In this document: in pieces, positions 37,322-47,321 of the stretch | How the letters are laid out: each line of letters opens with the position of its first letter | Numbering within the stretch: the first letter of the stretch is position 1 | Assembly (NCBI GenBank): GCA_041496745.1 | Contig: JBGQFF010000003.1 | Span: forward strand, 1-56,812 | DNA: 56,812 nt | DNA from: Gammaproteobacteria bacterium | GTDB lineage: Bacteria > Pseudomonadota > Gammaproteobacteria > Burkholderiales > SG8-39 | Direction: 5' to 3' | Notes under the pieces: generated by a model | Told to the model about the DNA's origin: nothing | Database searches by the model: none | The model's input: the letters and a program-made list of their open reading frames with translations, nothing else | Translations under genes and position numbers: made by a program

Positions 37322-38091
37322 AGGCGCGGGTCGTGCCTTTCGGCCGCGGCGTGCGCTGGCTCGCCGAGGGCTGGCGCATGTTCCGCGTGGCGCCGCTCGG
37401 CTGGCTGGCGCTGGTGTTCGGCTACATCATGGCGACGATCATGCTGAGCCTGGTGCCGATTGTCGGAACCGCTGCGGCCTCCATCCTGGTTCCGGTGTTC
37501 TCTGTGGGATTCATGACTGCGAGCCGCGCCGCCTCGCATGCACGACCGGTCGAATTGCCGATGCTATTCGCTGGATTTCGCGAGCGCCTGCCTGGGCAAT
37601 TGGTTCTTGGTGTGGTGTACACGCTGGGGCTGGCGGCCGCAGTCGCCGGTTCTGCCCTTGTGGACGATGGAGAATTGCTGCGTTGGCTCACTACCCCTGC
37701 CACCACTGATGCCAAGGCACAGATCAGCGACGAGATGTTGCCGGGAATTGCCGCCACTGCCGCGTTTTACGCGCCGACAATGATGGCATTGTGGTTTGCG
37801 CCGCCGCTTGTCGCGTGGCACTCGATGGCTGCGCCCAAGGCGCTGTTCTATAGCTTCTTCGCCTGCTGGCTCAATTGGCGCGCGTTCATCGCCTATGGCC
37901 TGGCGGTCGCTTTCATCGCTGTTGTGCTGCCGTCGCTGGTACTTATGTTGTTGGCGTTTGCCACCGGTGGCGCAGTGCGGGTGCATCCCCAAGCGCTGCT
38001 GTTTCCGCTGCTGCTCATTCTGCTTCCGACGCTGTTCGCGAGTTACTACGCCAGCTATCGCGACGTGTTTGAGGCGAAGGAAGGCGCCTGA
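37318..38091 (+). CDS. BPSS1780 family integral membrane protein
   Basis: [30 protein letters not shown]; several TM helices; follows thrB. Confidence 0.82.
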   Translation: MKARVVPFGRGVRWLAEGWRMFRVAPLGWLALVFGYIMATIMLSLVPIVGTAAASILVPVFSVGFMTASRAASHARPVELPMLFAGFRERLPGQLVLGVVYTLGLAAAVAGSALVDDGELLRWLTTPATTDAKAQISDEMLPGIAATAAFYAPTMMALWFAPPLVAWHSMAAPKALFYSFFACWLNWRAFIAYGLAVAFIAVVLPSLVLMLLAFATGGAVRVHPQALLFPLLLILLPTLFASYYASYRDVFEAKEGA

Positions 38092-38098
38092 TCCCGGC

Positions 38099-41000
38099 AT
38101 GACCTCCCGCCTGCGCGAGATCCCGTACAACTACACCTCGTTCTCCGATCGCGAGATCGTGCTGCGGCTGCTCGGCGAGCCCGCCTGGCAGCTGATCTCG
38201 GAGCTGCGCGCCGAGCGCCGCACCGGCCGCTCGGCGCGGATGCTGTACGAGGTGCTGGGCGAGATGTGGGCGATCCAGCGCAATCCCTACCTGGAAGACG
38301 GCCTGATCGAGGACCGGCGCACGCGCAAGCTGGTGCTGGTGGGCATGCGCCGGCGCCTCGCCGAGATCGAGGCGCGGCGCGGCGAGAGCGACAAGGTGGC
38401 GCAGCTGCTCGACACGGCGCGCGCGGCGGTGGAGAAATTCGGCGCCTCGTTCCCCGAGACGCGCGCGCTGCGCGCCAAGGCGCTCAAGCGCCTGAAGCGC
38501 GCCACACGCCGCGGCAACATCGCCTTCGACGGCTATGCGCGCGTCTCGCACGTCACCGACGCCACCGACTGGCGCGTCGAGGTTCCCTTCCTCGTCGTCT
38601 CGCCCGACAGCGAAGACGAGGTGCTGCCGCTGGTGCGCGAGCTGATCGGACTGGGGCTGACCATCATCCCGCGCGGCGGCGGCACCGGCTACACCGGCGG
38701 CGCGGTGCCGCTCACGCGCCGCTCGGCGGTGATCAACACCGAGAAACTCGAGACCCTGGGCGACGTCGAGTACCGCGAGCTGATCGGCGTGCCGCAGCGC
38801 GTGCCGACGATCCGCGCCGGCGCCGGCGTGGTCACCAAACGCGTGATCGAGGCCGCCGAAGGGGCGGACCTGGTGTTTGCGGTGGACCCCACCTCCGCGG
38901 ACGCCTCCTGCATCGGCGGCAACGTGGCGATGAACGCCGGCGGCAAGAAGGCGGTGCTGTGGGGCACGGCGATCGACAACCTCGCCTGGTGGAAGATGGT
39001 CACGCCGCAGGCCGAGTGGATCGAGGTGGAGCGCTACAACCACAACCTGGGCCGCGTGCACGACACGGGGAAAGCCACCTTCCACGTGCGGCGCTTCGGG
39101 CGCGACGGCAAGAAGCTGCTGGAGGAGCGCGCCATCGATGTCCCGGGCTCGGCGTTCAGGAAGACGGGCCTGGGCAAGGATGTCACCGACAAGTTCCTCG
39201 CCGGCCTGCCCGGGGTGCAGAAGGAGGGCTGCGACGGCATCATCGTCGCCGCGCGCTTCATCCTGCACAAGATGCCCGCGCACACGCGCACCGTGTGCCT
39301 GGAGTTCTTCGGCGCGGCGAGCGAGTCGGTGCCGGGCATCGTCGAGGTAAAGGCCTACATCGACGCCCTGCCGCGCGTGCGCCTGGCGGGCCTCGAGCAC
39401 CTGGACGAGCGCTACCTCAAGGCGGTGGGCTACGCCACCAAGGCGCGCCGCGGCGGGCGGCCGAGGATGGTGCTGATCGGCGACCTGGCGGGCGACAACG
39501 TCGACGAGGTGGCGAGCGCGGCCTCGGCGGTGGTGCGGCTCGCCAACGCGCGCGGCGGCGAGGGCTTCGTCGCCGTCTCGCCCGAGGCGCGCAATCGCTT
39601 CTGGCTGGACCGCGCGCGCACCGCGGCCATCGCGCGCCACACCAATGCGTTCAAGCTCAACGAGGACGTGGTGATCCCGCTCGAGCAGCTGGCCGCGTAT
39701 TCGGACGGCATCGAGCGCATCAACATCGAGTGCTCGATCGACAACAAGCTGGAGCTGCTGGACGCGCTGGAGGAGTACTTCCACGGCGAACTGCCGCTGG
39801 TGCAGCACGACGAGCGGCTGCCGCGGCCCGAGCTGCTCGGCGAGCGGCCGCAGCAGGCGCTGGAACTCATCGCCGCGGTGCGCGTGCGCTGGGAGCGCCT
39901 GCGCAACAGCCTGGACGTGGACTTCGAGTCGCTGCAGTCGCGCAAGCAGCGGCTGTCGTGGAAGACCGAGGTGCGCGAAGAGCTGCAGCGCATCTTCTCC
40001 GGCGGCACCTACGCGCGCGTGCTGGAGGGCGCCGAAGGCGTGCACAAGAGGGTGCTGCGCGGGCGGGTGTTCGTCGCGTTGCACATGCATGCCGGCGACG
40101 GCAACGTGCACACCAACATCCCGGTGAACTCCGACGACTACGCCATGCTGCAGCGCGCGACGCAGGCCGTGGCGCGCATCATGAAGCTCGCCAAGGCGCT
40201 CGGCGGCGTGATCTCCGGCGAGCACGGCATCGGCATCACCAAGCTCGAATACCTCGAGCCCGCCGAGATCGAGGCGTTCCGCGCCTACAAGGAAAAGGTG
40301 GATCCCGAGGGGCGTTTCAACGCCGGGAAGCTCCTCGCCGGCGGCGGCCTGGAGAACGCCTATACGCCGAGTTTTTCCCTCATCGGCGCCGAGTCGCTGA
40401 TCCTCGAGCAAAGCGACCTCGGCGGCGTGGCGACGGCCATCAAGGACTGCCTGCGCTGCGGCAAGTGCAAGCCGGTGTGCGCCACGCACGAGCCGCGCGC
40501 CAACCTGCAGTACTCGCCGCGCAACAAGATCCTCGCCACCTCGTTGCTCATCGAGGCGATCCTCTACGAGGAGCAGACGCGCCGCGGCGTGGCGCGGGTG
40601 CACTACGACGAGTTCGCCGACGTCGCCGACCACTGCACGGTGTGCCACAAGTGCGCCAGCCCCTGCCCGGTGGACATCGATTTCGGCGACGTGTCCATCG
40701 CCATGAGGAACCTCCTGCGCCGCGCGGGCAAGCGCCGCTTCAACCCCGGCACGCGGCTCTCGATGCTGTTCCTCGGCATCACCGACCCGCGCGCCATCAA
40801 GGCGGCGAGGAAGCTCTTGATCGACTGGGGCTATGCGGCGCAGCGCTTCGCGCACCGCATGCTCGGCTTCCTCGGTCGCCGGCAGACGGCAAAGCCCCCG
40901 CCGACCACCGGCGGCCGGCCGGCGCTCGCCGCGCAGGTGTTGCACTTCGTCAACAAGCCGATGCCCGGCAAGCTGCCGAAGAAGACGGCGCGCGCGCTGC

Positions 41001-41842
41001 TCGGCATCGAGGACGCGAAGATCGTGCCCATCGTGCGCGACCCGGCCAGGGTGACCGAGGATTCGGACGCGGTGTTCTACTTCCCGGGCTGCGGCTCGGA
41101 GCGCCTGTTCTCCCAGGTGGGCCTCGCCACGCAGGCGATGCTCTACGAAATGGGCGCGCAATGCGTGCTGCCGCCGGGCTACCTGTGCTGCGGCTACCCG
41201 CAAACCGCGGCGGGCGAGGAGGACAAGGGCGAGAAAATCATCACTTCGAACCGCGTGCTGTTCCACCGCCTCGCGACGACGCTCAACTACCTCGACATCA
41301 GGACGGTGATCGTGTCCTGCGGCACCTGCCTGGACCAGCTGGAGAAGTACGAGTTCGACAAAATCTTCCCCGGCTCGCGGCTGCTCGACATCCACGAATA
41401 CCTGCTGGAAAAGGGCGTCAAGCTCGACGGCGTGCAAGGCGTGCGCTACCTCTACCACGACCCCTGCCACTCGCCGATCAAGCAGCACCAGCCGCTGGAA
41501 GTGGTGAAGCAGCTGACGGGCAGCGAGGTGAAGCTCTCGGAGCGCTGCTGCGGCGAATCAGGCACGCTCGCGCTCACGCGACCGGACATCTCCACGCAGG
41601 TGCGCTTCCGCAAGGAAGAGGAACTGAAGAAAGGCATCGCGTCGCTGCCAGGCGACAGCCAGGTCAAGGTGCTGACCTCCTGCCCGTCCTGCCTGCAGGG
41701 GCTGGCGCGGTTCGAAGGCGACACCGGCGCGCAGGCCGATTACATCGTGGTGGAGATGGCGCGGCGCCTGCTGGGCGAGGACTGGATGCCCGATTTCATC
41801 GGCAAGGCCAACGCGGGCGGCATCGAGCGCGTGTTGTTGTAG
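38099..41842 (+). CDS. Large FAD-binding/Fe-S oxidoreductase (DUF3683 + FAD-binding 4 + 4Fe-4S + CCG domains)
   Basis: [58 protein letters not shown]...CP, CCG motifs. Confidence 0.9.
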   Translation: MTSRLREIPYNYTSFSDREIVLRLLGEPAWQLISELRAERRTGRSARMLYEVLGEMWAIQRNPYLEDGLIEDRRTRKLVLVGMRRRLAEIEARRGESDKVAQLLDTARAAVEKFGASFPETRALRAKALKRLKRATRRGNIAFDGYARVSHVTDATDWRVEVPFLVVSPDSEDEVLPLVRELIGLGLTIIPRGGGTGYTGGAVPLTRRSAVINTEKLETLGDVEYRELIGVPQRVPTIRAGAGVVTKRVIEAAEGADLVFAVDPTSADASCIGGNVAMNAGGKKAVLWGTAIDNLAWWKMVTPQAEWIEVERYNHNLGRVHDTGKATFHVRRFGRDGKKLLEERAIDVPGSAFRKTGLGKDVTDKFLAGLPGVQKEGCDGIIVAARFILHKMPAHTRTVCLEFFGAASESVPGIVEVKAYIDALPRVRLAGLEHLDERYLKAVGYATKARRGGRPRMVLIGDLAGDNVDEVASAASAVVRLANARGGEGFVAVSPEARNRFWLDRARTAAIARHTNAFKLNEDVVIPLEQLAAYSDGIERINIECSIDNKLELLDALEEYFHGELPLVQHDERLPRPELLGERPQQALELIAAVRVRWERLRNSLDVDFESLQSRKQRLSWKTEVREELQRIFSGGTYARVLEGAEGVHKRVLRGRVFVALHMHAGDGNVHTNIPVNSDDYAMLQRATQAVARIMKLAKALGGVISGEHGIGITKLEYLEPAEIEAFRAYKEKVDPEGRFNAGKLLAGGGLENAYTPSFSLIGAESLILEQSDLGGVATAIKDCLRCGKCKPVCATHEPRANLQYSPRNKILATSLLIEAILYEEQTRRGVARVHYDEFADVADHCTVCHKCASPCPVDIDFGDVSIAMRNLLRRAGKRRFNPGTRLSMLFLGITDPRAIKAARKLLIDWGYAAQRFAHRMLGFLGRRQTAKPPPTTGGRPALAAQVLHFVNKPMPGKLPKKTARALLGIEDAKIVPIVRDPARVTEDSDAVFYFPGCGSERLFSQVGLATQAMLYEMGAQCVLPPGYLCCGYPQTAAGEEDKGEKIITSNRVLFHRLATTLNYLDIRTVIVSCGTCLDQLEKYEFDKIFPGSRLLDIHEYLLEKGVKLDGVQGVRYLYHDPCHSPIKQHQPLEVVKQLTGSEVKLSERCCGESGTLALTRPDISTQVRFRKEEELKKGIASLPGDSQVKVLTSCPSCLQGLARFEGDTGAQADYIVVEMARRLLGEDWMPDFIGKANAGGIERVLL

Positions 41843-41853
41843 AGTTCGCGGCG

Positions 41854-43470
41854 ATGACGGATCTGTCCGCATTCAAGCTGCCCGAGATCGACCCTGCCGC
41901 GACGCCCGAATTCACCGACGGCGCGAGCTGCAAGGCCTGGCTGGAGAACGTCCCGCTCGCCAACGTCTCCACCGCGCAGCGCCAGCTGCTGATCCAGGTC
42001 GAGGAGTTCAACCGCACCGCCTCCGCGCCGCGGGACCGCTTCGAGGCGCTCGAAGCGGCGCGCGAAGCGGTGAGCTTCGTGCAGATCGAGCAGGCCAAGC
42101 GCTTCACCCACCGCGCGCAGCCGCTGCTCGAGACGGAAGCGGCGGTGTTCGAGGACACCATCGAGCTGTGGGAGCAGATGCGCCTCGGTTACCTGCGCTG
42201 CCTGGAGGCGGACGAGTCGTCGCTGCGCGCGCAGCGCGCGCTCATCTGCCAGCGCGCGCTCGCCTTCTCGGGGCTGCGCATGTTCCACCACTATCGCGCC
42301 TACCGCCAGGTGCCCGGGCGCGACTGGCGCGGCCTGCACCAGGTCTATGCGCGGGCCGAGGCACTCGGCATCGCCGACGAGCCGGTGAAAGACTACCTTA
42401 ATCGCGACGTGCAGGGCACCTCGCCGCGCATCGCCTACATGCGCGCCGTGCTGATGGGCATGTGCAACGCGAACGAGCTGGGCCCGCGCCAGCTCACCTT
42501 CGTCGCTTACCTGCTGGAACGCTGGGCCGACAAGGTGGAGATCTCGAGGCAGCCGCTCGAGCAGGAGGGCGAACTGCCGCCGCTCACGGTGGACCTCGCC
42601 GGCGAGCGCTGCGCCGAGCGCGGCGCGGCCGCGGGCGCGGGCATCCGCCGCCTGGATGAGCGGCGCCTGGCCAAAAGCCTGCGCAACCGCGTCGCGCTGC
42701 TGCGCAAGGGCGAGTCGCCCGCCAAGCTCGCGCTGGGCGAGGATTGCGTGCAGCCCTCCTGCGAGCAGCTGCTCGTGTTCCTCTACCGCCAGTGGTGCCA
42801 GGCGCGAGCGCCGCGCAACCCCGAGCGCGTGCGCATCATGGACGTGGCGCAGATCTGCACCGACATCGCGGCGATCCACTACTACATCTCGGGGCGCGTG
42901 TTCCGCGGCGCGAGCGATTTCAAGGAGCTCACGGCGCAGCAGCGCGACGAGATCGCCACCTTCGGCCGCGTCAGTACGCGCGACGAGGAGAATTTCAGCG
43001 TGGCGCAGGGATTCCTGCTCGAGCACTGGCAGCTCGAGGACGAGAGCGCGCAGGGCCTGAAGGTGGTGCGCCGCGCGGGCAACCCGGGCAAGCGCATGGC
43101 GCACGGGCAGCTGGTCGGCGTGCGCCCGGCCGACGGCAAGAATTTCCAGCTCGGCCAGGTGCGCTGGCTGATGGCGACCAATGCCGGCGACCTGCATTGC
43201 GGCGTGAAGCTGCTGCCGGGGGTACCCATCGCGGCGGCGGTGCGCGCCATCGGCGTCAACGTCGCCGAGGAGAAGTACGTGCAGGCCTTCGCGCTCGCCG
43301 CGGTGCCGGCGCTGAACGCGCCGCCCACCCTGGTGACGGCGGCCGGCTGGTTCAAGCCCAAGCGCGTGATCGAGGCGGCGATCCACAAGGCGCTGCGGGT
43401 GCGCCTGCTCGAGGCGGTCGAGCGCGGCACCGACTTCGAGCGGCTGTCCTACGAGGTGTTGCCAGATTGA
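41854..43470 (+). CDS. Conserved hypothetical protein with C-terminal PilZ-like domain
   Basis: WLENVPLANV helical N-terminus; RVSTR...DESAQG motif; C-terminal beta-rich GQLVGVRP...GQVRWL...GVKLLPG. Confidence 0.7.
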   Translation: MTDLSAFKLPEIDPAATPEFTDGASCKAWLENVPLANVSTAQRQLLIQVEEFNRTASAPRDRFEALEAAREAVSFVQIEQAKRFTHRAQPLLETEAAVFEDTIELWEQMRLGYLRCLEADESSLRAQRALICQRALAFSGLRMFHHYRAYRQVPGRDWRGLHQVYARAEALGIADEPVKDYLNRDVQGTSPRIAYMRAVLMGMCNANELGPRQLTFVAYLLERWADKVEISRQPLEQEGELPPLTVDLAGERCAERGAAAGAGIRRLDERRLAKSLRNRVALLRKGESPAKLALGEDCVQPSCEQLLVFLYRQWCQARAPRNPERVRIMDVAQICTDIAAIHYYISGRVFRGASDFKELTAQQRDEIATFGRVSTRDEENFSVAQGFLLEHWQLEDESAQGLKVVRRAGNPGKRMAHGQLVGVRPADGKNFQLGQVRWLMATNAGDLHCGVKLLPGVPIAAAVRAIGVNVAEEKYVQAFALAAVPALNAPPTLVTAAGWFKPKRVIEAAIHKALRVRLLEAVERGTDFERLSYEVLPD

Positions 43471-43473
43471 TTT

Positions 43474-43554
43474 GTAGGGTGGGCCATGGGCCCACCGTAC
43501 GCCATGGGCCCACCGTACGCCATGGGCCCACCGTACGCCATGGGCCCACCCTAC
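43474..43554. repeat. GTAG-family REP-like palindromic element with 4 x 18-bp internal tandem repeat
   Basis: GTAGGGTGG(GCCATGGGCCCACCGTAC)x3 GCCATGGGCCCACCCTAC; 12-bp inverted ends GTAGGGTGGGCC / GGCCCACCCTAC. Confidence 0.85.
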
Positions 43555-44846
43555 GCGGCGGCTTTCGCCGGATCCAGCGGCGTGATGCGCTGTGCGGGAA
43601 ACACAGCGCGGAAGACGGAACCTTTGCCTAGTTCGCTTTCCACTTCCAGGCTCGCCTGGTGTCGTGTCAGCACGTGCTTGACGATGGCGAGTCCCAGCCC
43701 GGTGCCGCCGGTGTCGCGCGAGCGGCCCTGGTCCACGCGGTAGAAGCGCTCGGTGAGCCGCGGGATGTGGCGCGATTCGACCCCGATGCCGGTGTCTTGC
43801 ACGCCGAACACACCGCGCGCGCCGTCCAGCGTCCAGGAGAGCGTCACCACGCCGCCCTCGGGCGTGTAGCGCACCGCGTTGGACACCAGGTTGGAGAAAG
43901 CGCTGTGCAGTTCTTTGGCGCTGCCGGTGAGGCGGCAGTTGGGCTCGACGCGGCAGGCGATGCGGTGCCGGCCGCCGGAGAGCGCGCGCGCCTCCTCCGC
44001 CAGCTGATCGGCGAAGGGCAGCACCTCGATCGGCGCCTCGTCCTGCGGCGCCGGGCTCGATTCCAGCGCCGAGAGCGTCAGCAGGTCCTCGATCAGGCGC
44101 TGCATGCGCCGCGCCTGCTCGCTCATCAGACCGAGGTAGCGCTTGCGCTGCGCCTCGGTCAGGGCGATCGTGTCCTCGCCCAGCGTCTCGACGAAGCCCG
44201 AGAGCACGGTGACCGGCGTCTTCAACTCGTGCGACACGTTGGCGACGAAATCGCGGCGCATGGTCTCGAGCCGCTCCTGCGCGGTGATGTCGCGCGAACT
44301 GAGGAGCTTGCGCTCCTCGCCGAATGCGATCAGGCGCAGCTGCAGCACCGCGTCGCTGCGCGGCGAGCGCAGCGTCACCGGCTCGCGGAAGTCGCCGCGC
44401 TCCAGGTACGCGACGAAATCGGGATGGCGCACGAAATTGGTGACCGGCTGGCCGAGGTCGCGCCGCGCGTCTATGCTGAAGTGGCGCTCCGCGGTGGGGT
44501 TGGCCCACTCGATGTGGAACTCCCGGTCGAGGATCACCACGCCGTCGGGCAGCGCGCGCCCTGCGGCGCGGAACCGCTCCAGCGCCTCGGCCAGGCGCGC
44601 CTGGTCCTCGTTGCGGCCCTTGAGGTGGCGGTGCAGCGCGGCGAGTGCTTCCTCCCATACGCCGGTGCCCGCCGGCAGCTTGTCGAGGGCCGGGCGGCGC
44701 AGCCAGCGCAGGAATGCGGCCAGTTGCGCCGTGTGGAACACGACGCCAAGACCCAGCAGGGCGGCCGCGGCAGCCCAGTGCCAGATGAAGCCCGCCGCCG
44801 CCGCGGCCAGCCCCAGGGCCAGCGCGCTCGCCCAGGCGGGATTCAA
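43551..44846 (-). CDS. phoR: Phosphate regulon sensor histidine kinase
   Basis: PAS region, RRDFVANVSHELKTP, NLVSNAVRYTP, RLTERFYRVD, GGTGLGLAIVKH. Confidence 0.94.
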   Translation of the reverse strand: MNPAWASALALGLAAAAAGFIWHWAAAAALLGLGVVFHTAQLAAFLRWLRRPALDKLPAGTGVWEEALAALHRHLKGRNEDQARLAEALERFRAAGRALPDGVVILDREFHIEWANPTAERHFSIDARRDLGQPVTNFVRHPDFVAYLERGDFREPVTLRSPRSDAVLQLRLIAFGEERKLLSSRDITAQERLETMRRDFVANVSHELKTPVTVLSGFVETLGEDTIALTEAQRKRYLGLMSEQARRMQRLIEDLLTLSALESSPAPQDEAPIEVLPFADQLAEEARALSGGRHRIACRVEPNCRLTGSAKELHSAFSNLVSNAVRYTPEGGVVTLSWTLDGARGVFGVQDTGIGVESRHIPRLTERFYRVDQGRSRDTGGTGLGLAIVKHVLTRHQASLEVESELGKGSVFRAVFPAQRITPLDPAKAAA

Positions 44847-45535
44847 TCGGGGGTGGCGGTGAAGCGGTACCCGGAGCCGCGCACCGTCCCGACCAGGAGG
44901 TCATGGCCGCTCGGCTCGAGCGCCTTGCGCAGGCGCCGGATGTGCACGTCTACCGTGCGTTCCTCGACGAACACATGGTCGCCCCACACCTGGTCGAGAA
45001 GCTGGGCGCGCGAGTGCACGCGCTCGGCGTGGGTCATGAGGAAATGCAGCAGGCGGAACTCGGTGGGGCCCAGCTCGAGGCGCTTGTTCGCGCCGAACAC
45101 GCGGTGCGTCGCGGGCTCCAGGCGCAGGCCGCCGACCTCCACCGGGTCGTCGGTCATCTGCGGCGCGCGCCGGCGCAGCACCGCCTTGATGCGCGCAAGC
45201 AGTTCGCGCGGCGAGAACGGCTTGGTGACGTAGTCATCCGCTCCCGCTTCCAGCCCGGCGATCTTGTCGGTCTCGGCGCTCCGCGCCGTGAGCAGGATGA
45301 TCGGGATCTGCCTGGTGCGCTCTTCCTGGCGAAGCTGGCGGGCAAGGGCAACCCCGGACATGCCCGGGAGCATCCAGTCGATCAGCAGCAGGTCCGGCAG
45401 GGCGTTCTTGACGATGCCGAGCGCGCCCTCGGCGTCCTTGCTGCGGATCACGTGGTGGCCGGCGTGCTCGAGGTTGACCGCGATCAGCTCCTGGATCGCC
45501 GGCTCGTCCTCCACCACCAGGATGTTGGCTGGCAT
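44843..45535 (-). CDS. phoB: Phosphate regulon response regulator
   Basis: MPANILVVEDE, DWMLPG, GPTEFRLLHF, EERTVDVHIRRLRKAL. Confidence 0.95.
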   Translation of the reverse strand: MPANILVVEDEPAIQELIAVNLEHAGHHVIRSKDAEGALGIVKNALPDLLLIDWMLPGMSGVALARQLRQEERTRQIPIILLTARSAETDKIAGLEAGADDYVTKPFSPRELLARIKAVLRRRAPQMTDDPVEVGGLRLEPATHRVFGANKRLELGPTEFRLLHFLMTHAERVHSRAQLLDQVWGDHVFVEERTVDVHIRRLRKALEPSGHDLLVGTVRGSGYRFTATPD

Positions 45536-45542
45536 GTTGACG

Positions 45543-45576
45543 AGTTTAAGAACTTTTCGTGACGGAATTGTTGCAA
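45543..45576 (-). promoter_or_regulatory. Pho box and -10 element of the phoBR promoter
   Basis: Minus strand TTGCAAC-AATT-CCGTCAC (45576-45559), then 10 nt, then TAAACT (45548-45543), then 7 nt to the ATG. Confidence 0.7.
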
Positions 45577-45601
45577 CCGAAGGCGGTATGATCGCCCTCC
45601 C

Positions 45602-45667
45602 GTGGCCATGCCCACCGAGATCAAGCACCACCAACAGCAGCAGGTGATAGTCTGCGCTCACTTATGA
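45602..45667 (+). pseudogene. 21-aa mini-ORF, probable DUF971 gene remnant, overlapping the ubiE start
   Basis: (V/M)[20 protein letters not shown]; PTEIK.HQ resembles the DUF971 N-terminus as I recall it; TATGAT 9 nt upstream; TGA overlaps the ubiE ATG. Confidence 0.5.
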
Positions 45668-46398
45668 AAAACACGGATTTCGGCTACCAGCGCGTCCCGG
45701 AGGCTGGAAAGCGCAGCCGCGTGGGCGAGGTTTTCGACCGCGTGGCGCCGCGCTACGACCTGATGAACGACCTCATGTCGCTCGGCCTGCACCGCCTCTG
45801 GAAAGCCTTCGCCGTCGGCGTCGCGCGCCTGCGGCCCGGCGAACGGGTGCTGGATGTCGCCTCCGGCACCGGCGACCTGGCGCGAGCCTTCGCGCGTCGC
45901 GTCGGCCCCTCGGGCGAGGTATGGGCGACCGACATCAACCGCAGCATGCTGGAGCGCGGCCGCGACCGCCTGCTCGACGCGGGCTACCTCGTTCCGGCGG
46001 TGCAGTGCGATGCCGAGCGGCTGCCGTTCCCGGCGGCCCGCTTCGACTGCGTGAGCGTGGGCTTCGGCCTGCGCAACATGACGCACAAGGACGCGGCGCT
46101 GGCGGAGATGGCGCGCGTGCTCAAGCCCGGAGGGCGCCTGCTGGTGCTCGAGTTTTCCAAGGTGTGGAAACCGCTCGAAAAACCCTACGACCTGTACTCC
46201 TTCAAGCTGCTGCCCTGGCTGGGCGAGAGAATCGCGGGCGACGCGGCCGCCTACCGCTACCTCGCGGAATCCATACGCATGCATCCGGACCAGGCCGAGC
46301 TCGCGGCGATGATGGAACGCGCGGGGCTCGCCGAGGTCGAATATTTCAACCTCAGCGCGGGCGTCGCGGCCGTTCATCGCGGCGTCAAACTGGGGTAG
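45664..46398 (+). CDS. ubiE: Ubiquinone/menaquinone C-methyltransferase
   Basis: [42 protein letters not shown]. Confidence 0.95.
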   Translation: MKNTDFGYQRVPEAGKRSRVGEVFDRVAPRYDLMNDLMSLGLHRLWKAFAVGVARLRPGERVLDVASGTGDLARAFARRVGPSGEVWATDINRSMLERGRDRLLDAGYLVPAVQCDAERLPFPAARFDCVSVGFGLRNMTHKDAALAEMARVLKPGGRLLVLEFSKVWKPLEKPYDLYSFKLLPWLGERIAGDAAAYRYLAESIRMHPDQAELAAMMERAGLAEVEYFNLSAGVAAVHRGVKLG

Positions 46399-46435
46399 CA
46401 TGATCGGACAAGTTGAACAACGGAGGATGGGTGTC

Positions 46436-47272
46436 ATGGGCAAGCTGTGGTTGGCAATAGCGGCGGTGATCGTGGGAGTCGCGATCGCGCTTCCCGACGC
46501 ACAAGCGGCGCGCCTGGGCGGCGGCCGCACGATCGGCATGCAACGCAACGTTACGGCGCCGCCTCAGGCGATGCCCGCCAAGCCGGCGCAGCCAGCCGCT
46601 CCCGCCACCGCACCTGCCACCACCGGCGGCAAGTGGATGCCGATCCTCGGCGGCCTCGCGCTGGGCGGGCTGCTGGGCGCGATGTTCGCCGGCAGCCCGA
46701 TCCTCTCCACCATGCTTTCCGCGATGCTGGTGGCGCTGCTGGTATTCGCCGCGCTCGCGCTCATCCGCATGCTGCGCGCGCCACGCGCCGAGGCGCGGCC
46801 GCTGCAGTACGCGGGCCTTGGCAGCGAGACTGTCGCCGCGCCGCCGCCCTCGCAAGTGGCGGGTTTCGACGCGCGCGCCGCGGCGGGCGCGCCGCGCGCC
46901 GGCATCCCCGCGGGCTTCGACGTGGCCGGTTTCCTGCGCGCCGCGAAGTCCAACTACATCAAGCTGCAGATCGCCAACGACACCGGCAACCTGGACGAGT
47001 TGCGCGAGTTTGCCACCCCGGAGATGTACGCGGTGCTGAGCGAGGATCTGCGCGGCCGCGGCGCCCAGCAGACCGACGTGGTGACGCTGAACGCCGACCT
47101 GCTGGAAGTGGCGACCGAGGGCGACCGGCACTGGGCGAGCGTGCGCTTCTCCGGGCTGGTGAGCGAAGTCCCGGGAGCCGCGCCGGCCGGCTTCGAAGAG
47201 GTGTGGAACCTCAGCAAGCCGGTGGACGGCTCCAGCGGCTGGCAGCTTGCCGGCATCCAGCAGATGCATTGA
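46436..47272 (+). CDS. Tim44-like domain membrane protein
   Basis: SD GGAGG; ARLGGG..GMQR, GGLALGGLLG, FDVAGFL..AK, FEEVWNL.K...W.LAGIQQ. Confidence 0.88.
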   Translation: MGKLWLAIAAVIVGVAIALPDAQAARLGGGRTIGMQRNVTAPPQAMPAKPAQPAAPATAPATTGGKWMPILGGLALGGLLGAMFAGSPILSTMLSAMLVALLVFAALALIRMLRAPRAEARPLQYAGLGSETVAAPPPSQVAGFDARAAAGAPRAGIPAGFDVAGFLRAAKSNYIKLQIANDTGNLDELREFATPEMYAVLSEDLRGRGAQQTDVVTLNADLLEVATEGDRHWASVRFSGLVSEVPGAAPAGFEEVWNLSKPVDGSSGWQLAGIQQMH

Positions 47273-47289
47273 CCGGTCTATACTCACCG

Positions 47290-47318
47290 AGGGCCACCAC
47301 AGGGTGGCCCTTTTTATT
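47290..47318 (+). terminator. Intrinsic terminator-like hairpin between the Tim44 gene and ubiJ
   Basis: AGGGCCACC-ACAG-GGTGGCCCT followed by TTTTATT. Confidence 0.75.
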
Positions 47319-47321
47319 TGC

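Noticed and set aside
38266-43470. 1734-aa ORF as a giant or fusion protein
   Set aside because: The first ~1196 aa are an Arg/Ala-rich off-frame shadow of the oxidoreductase; the real gene starts at 41854
43483-43554. Four identical short repeats as a CRISPR array
   Set aside because: Units are 18 bp and directly adjacent, with no spacers, leader or cas genes
43486-43743. ORF with MGPPYA repeats (and VRWAHG/WRTVGP in other frames)
   Set aside because: Translations of the REP tandem running antisense into phoR; no independent coding evidence
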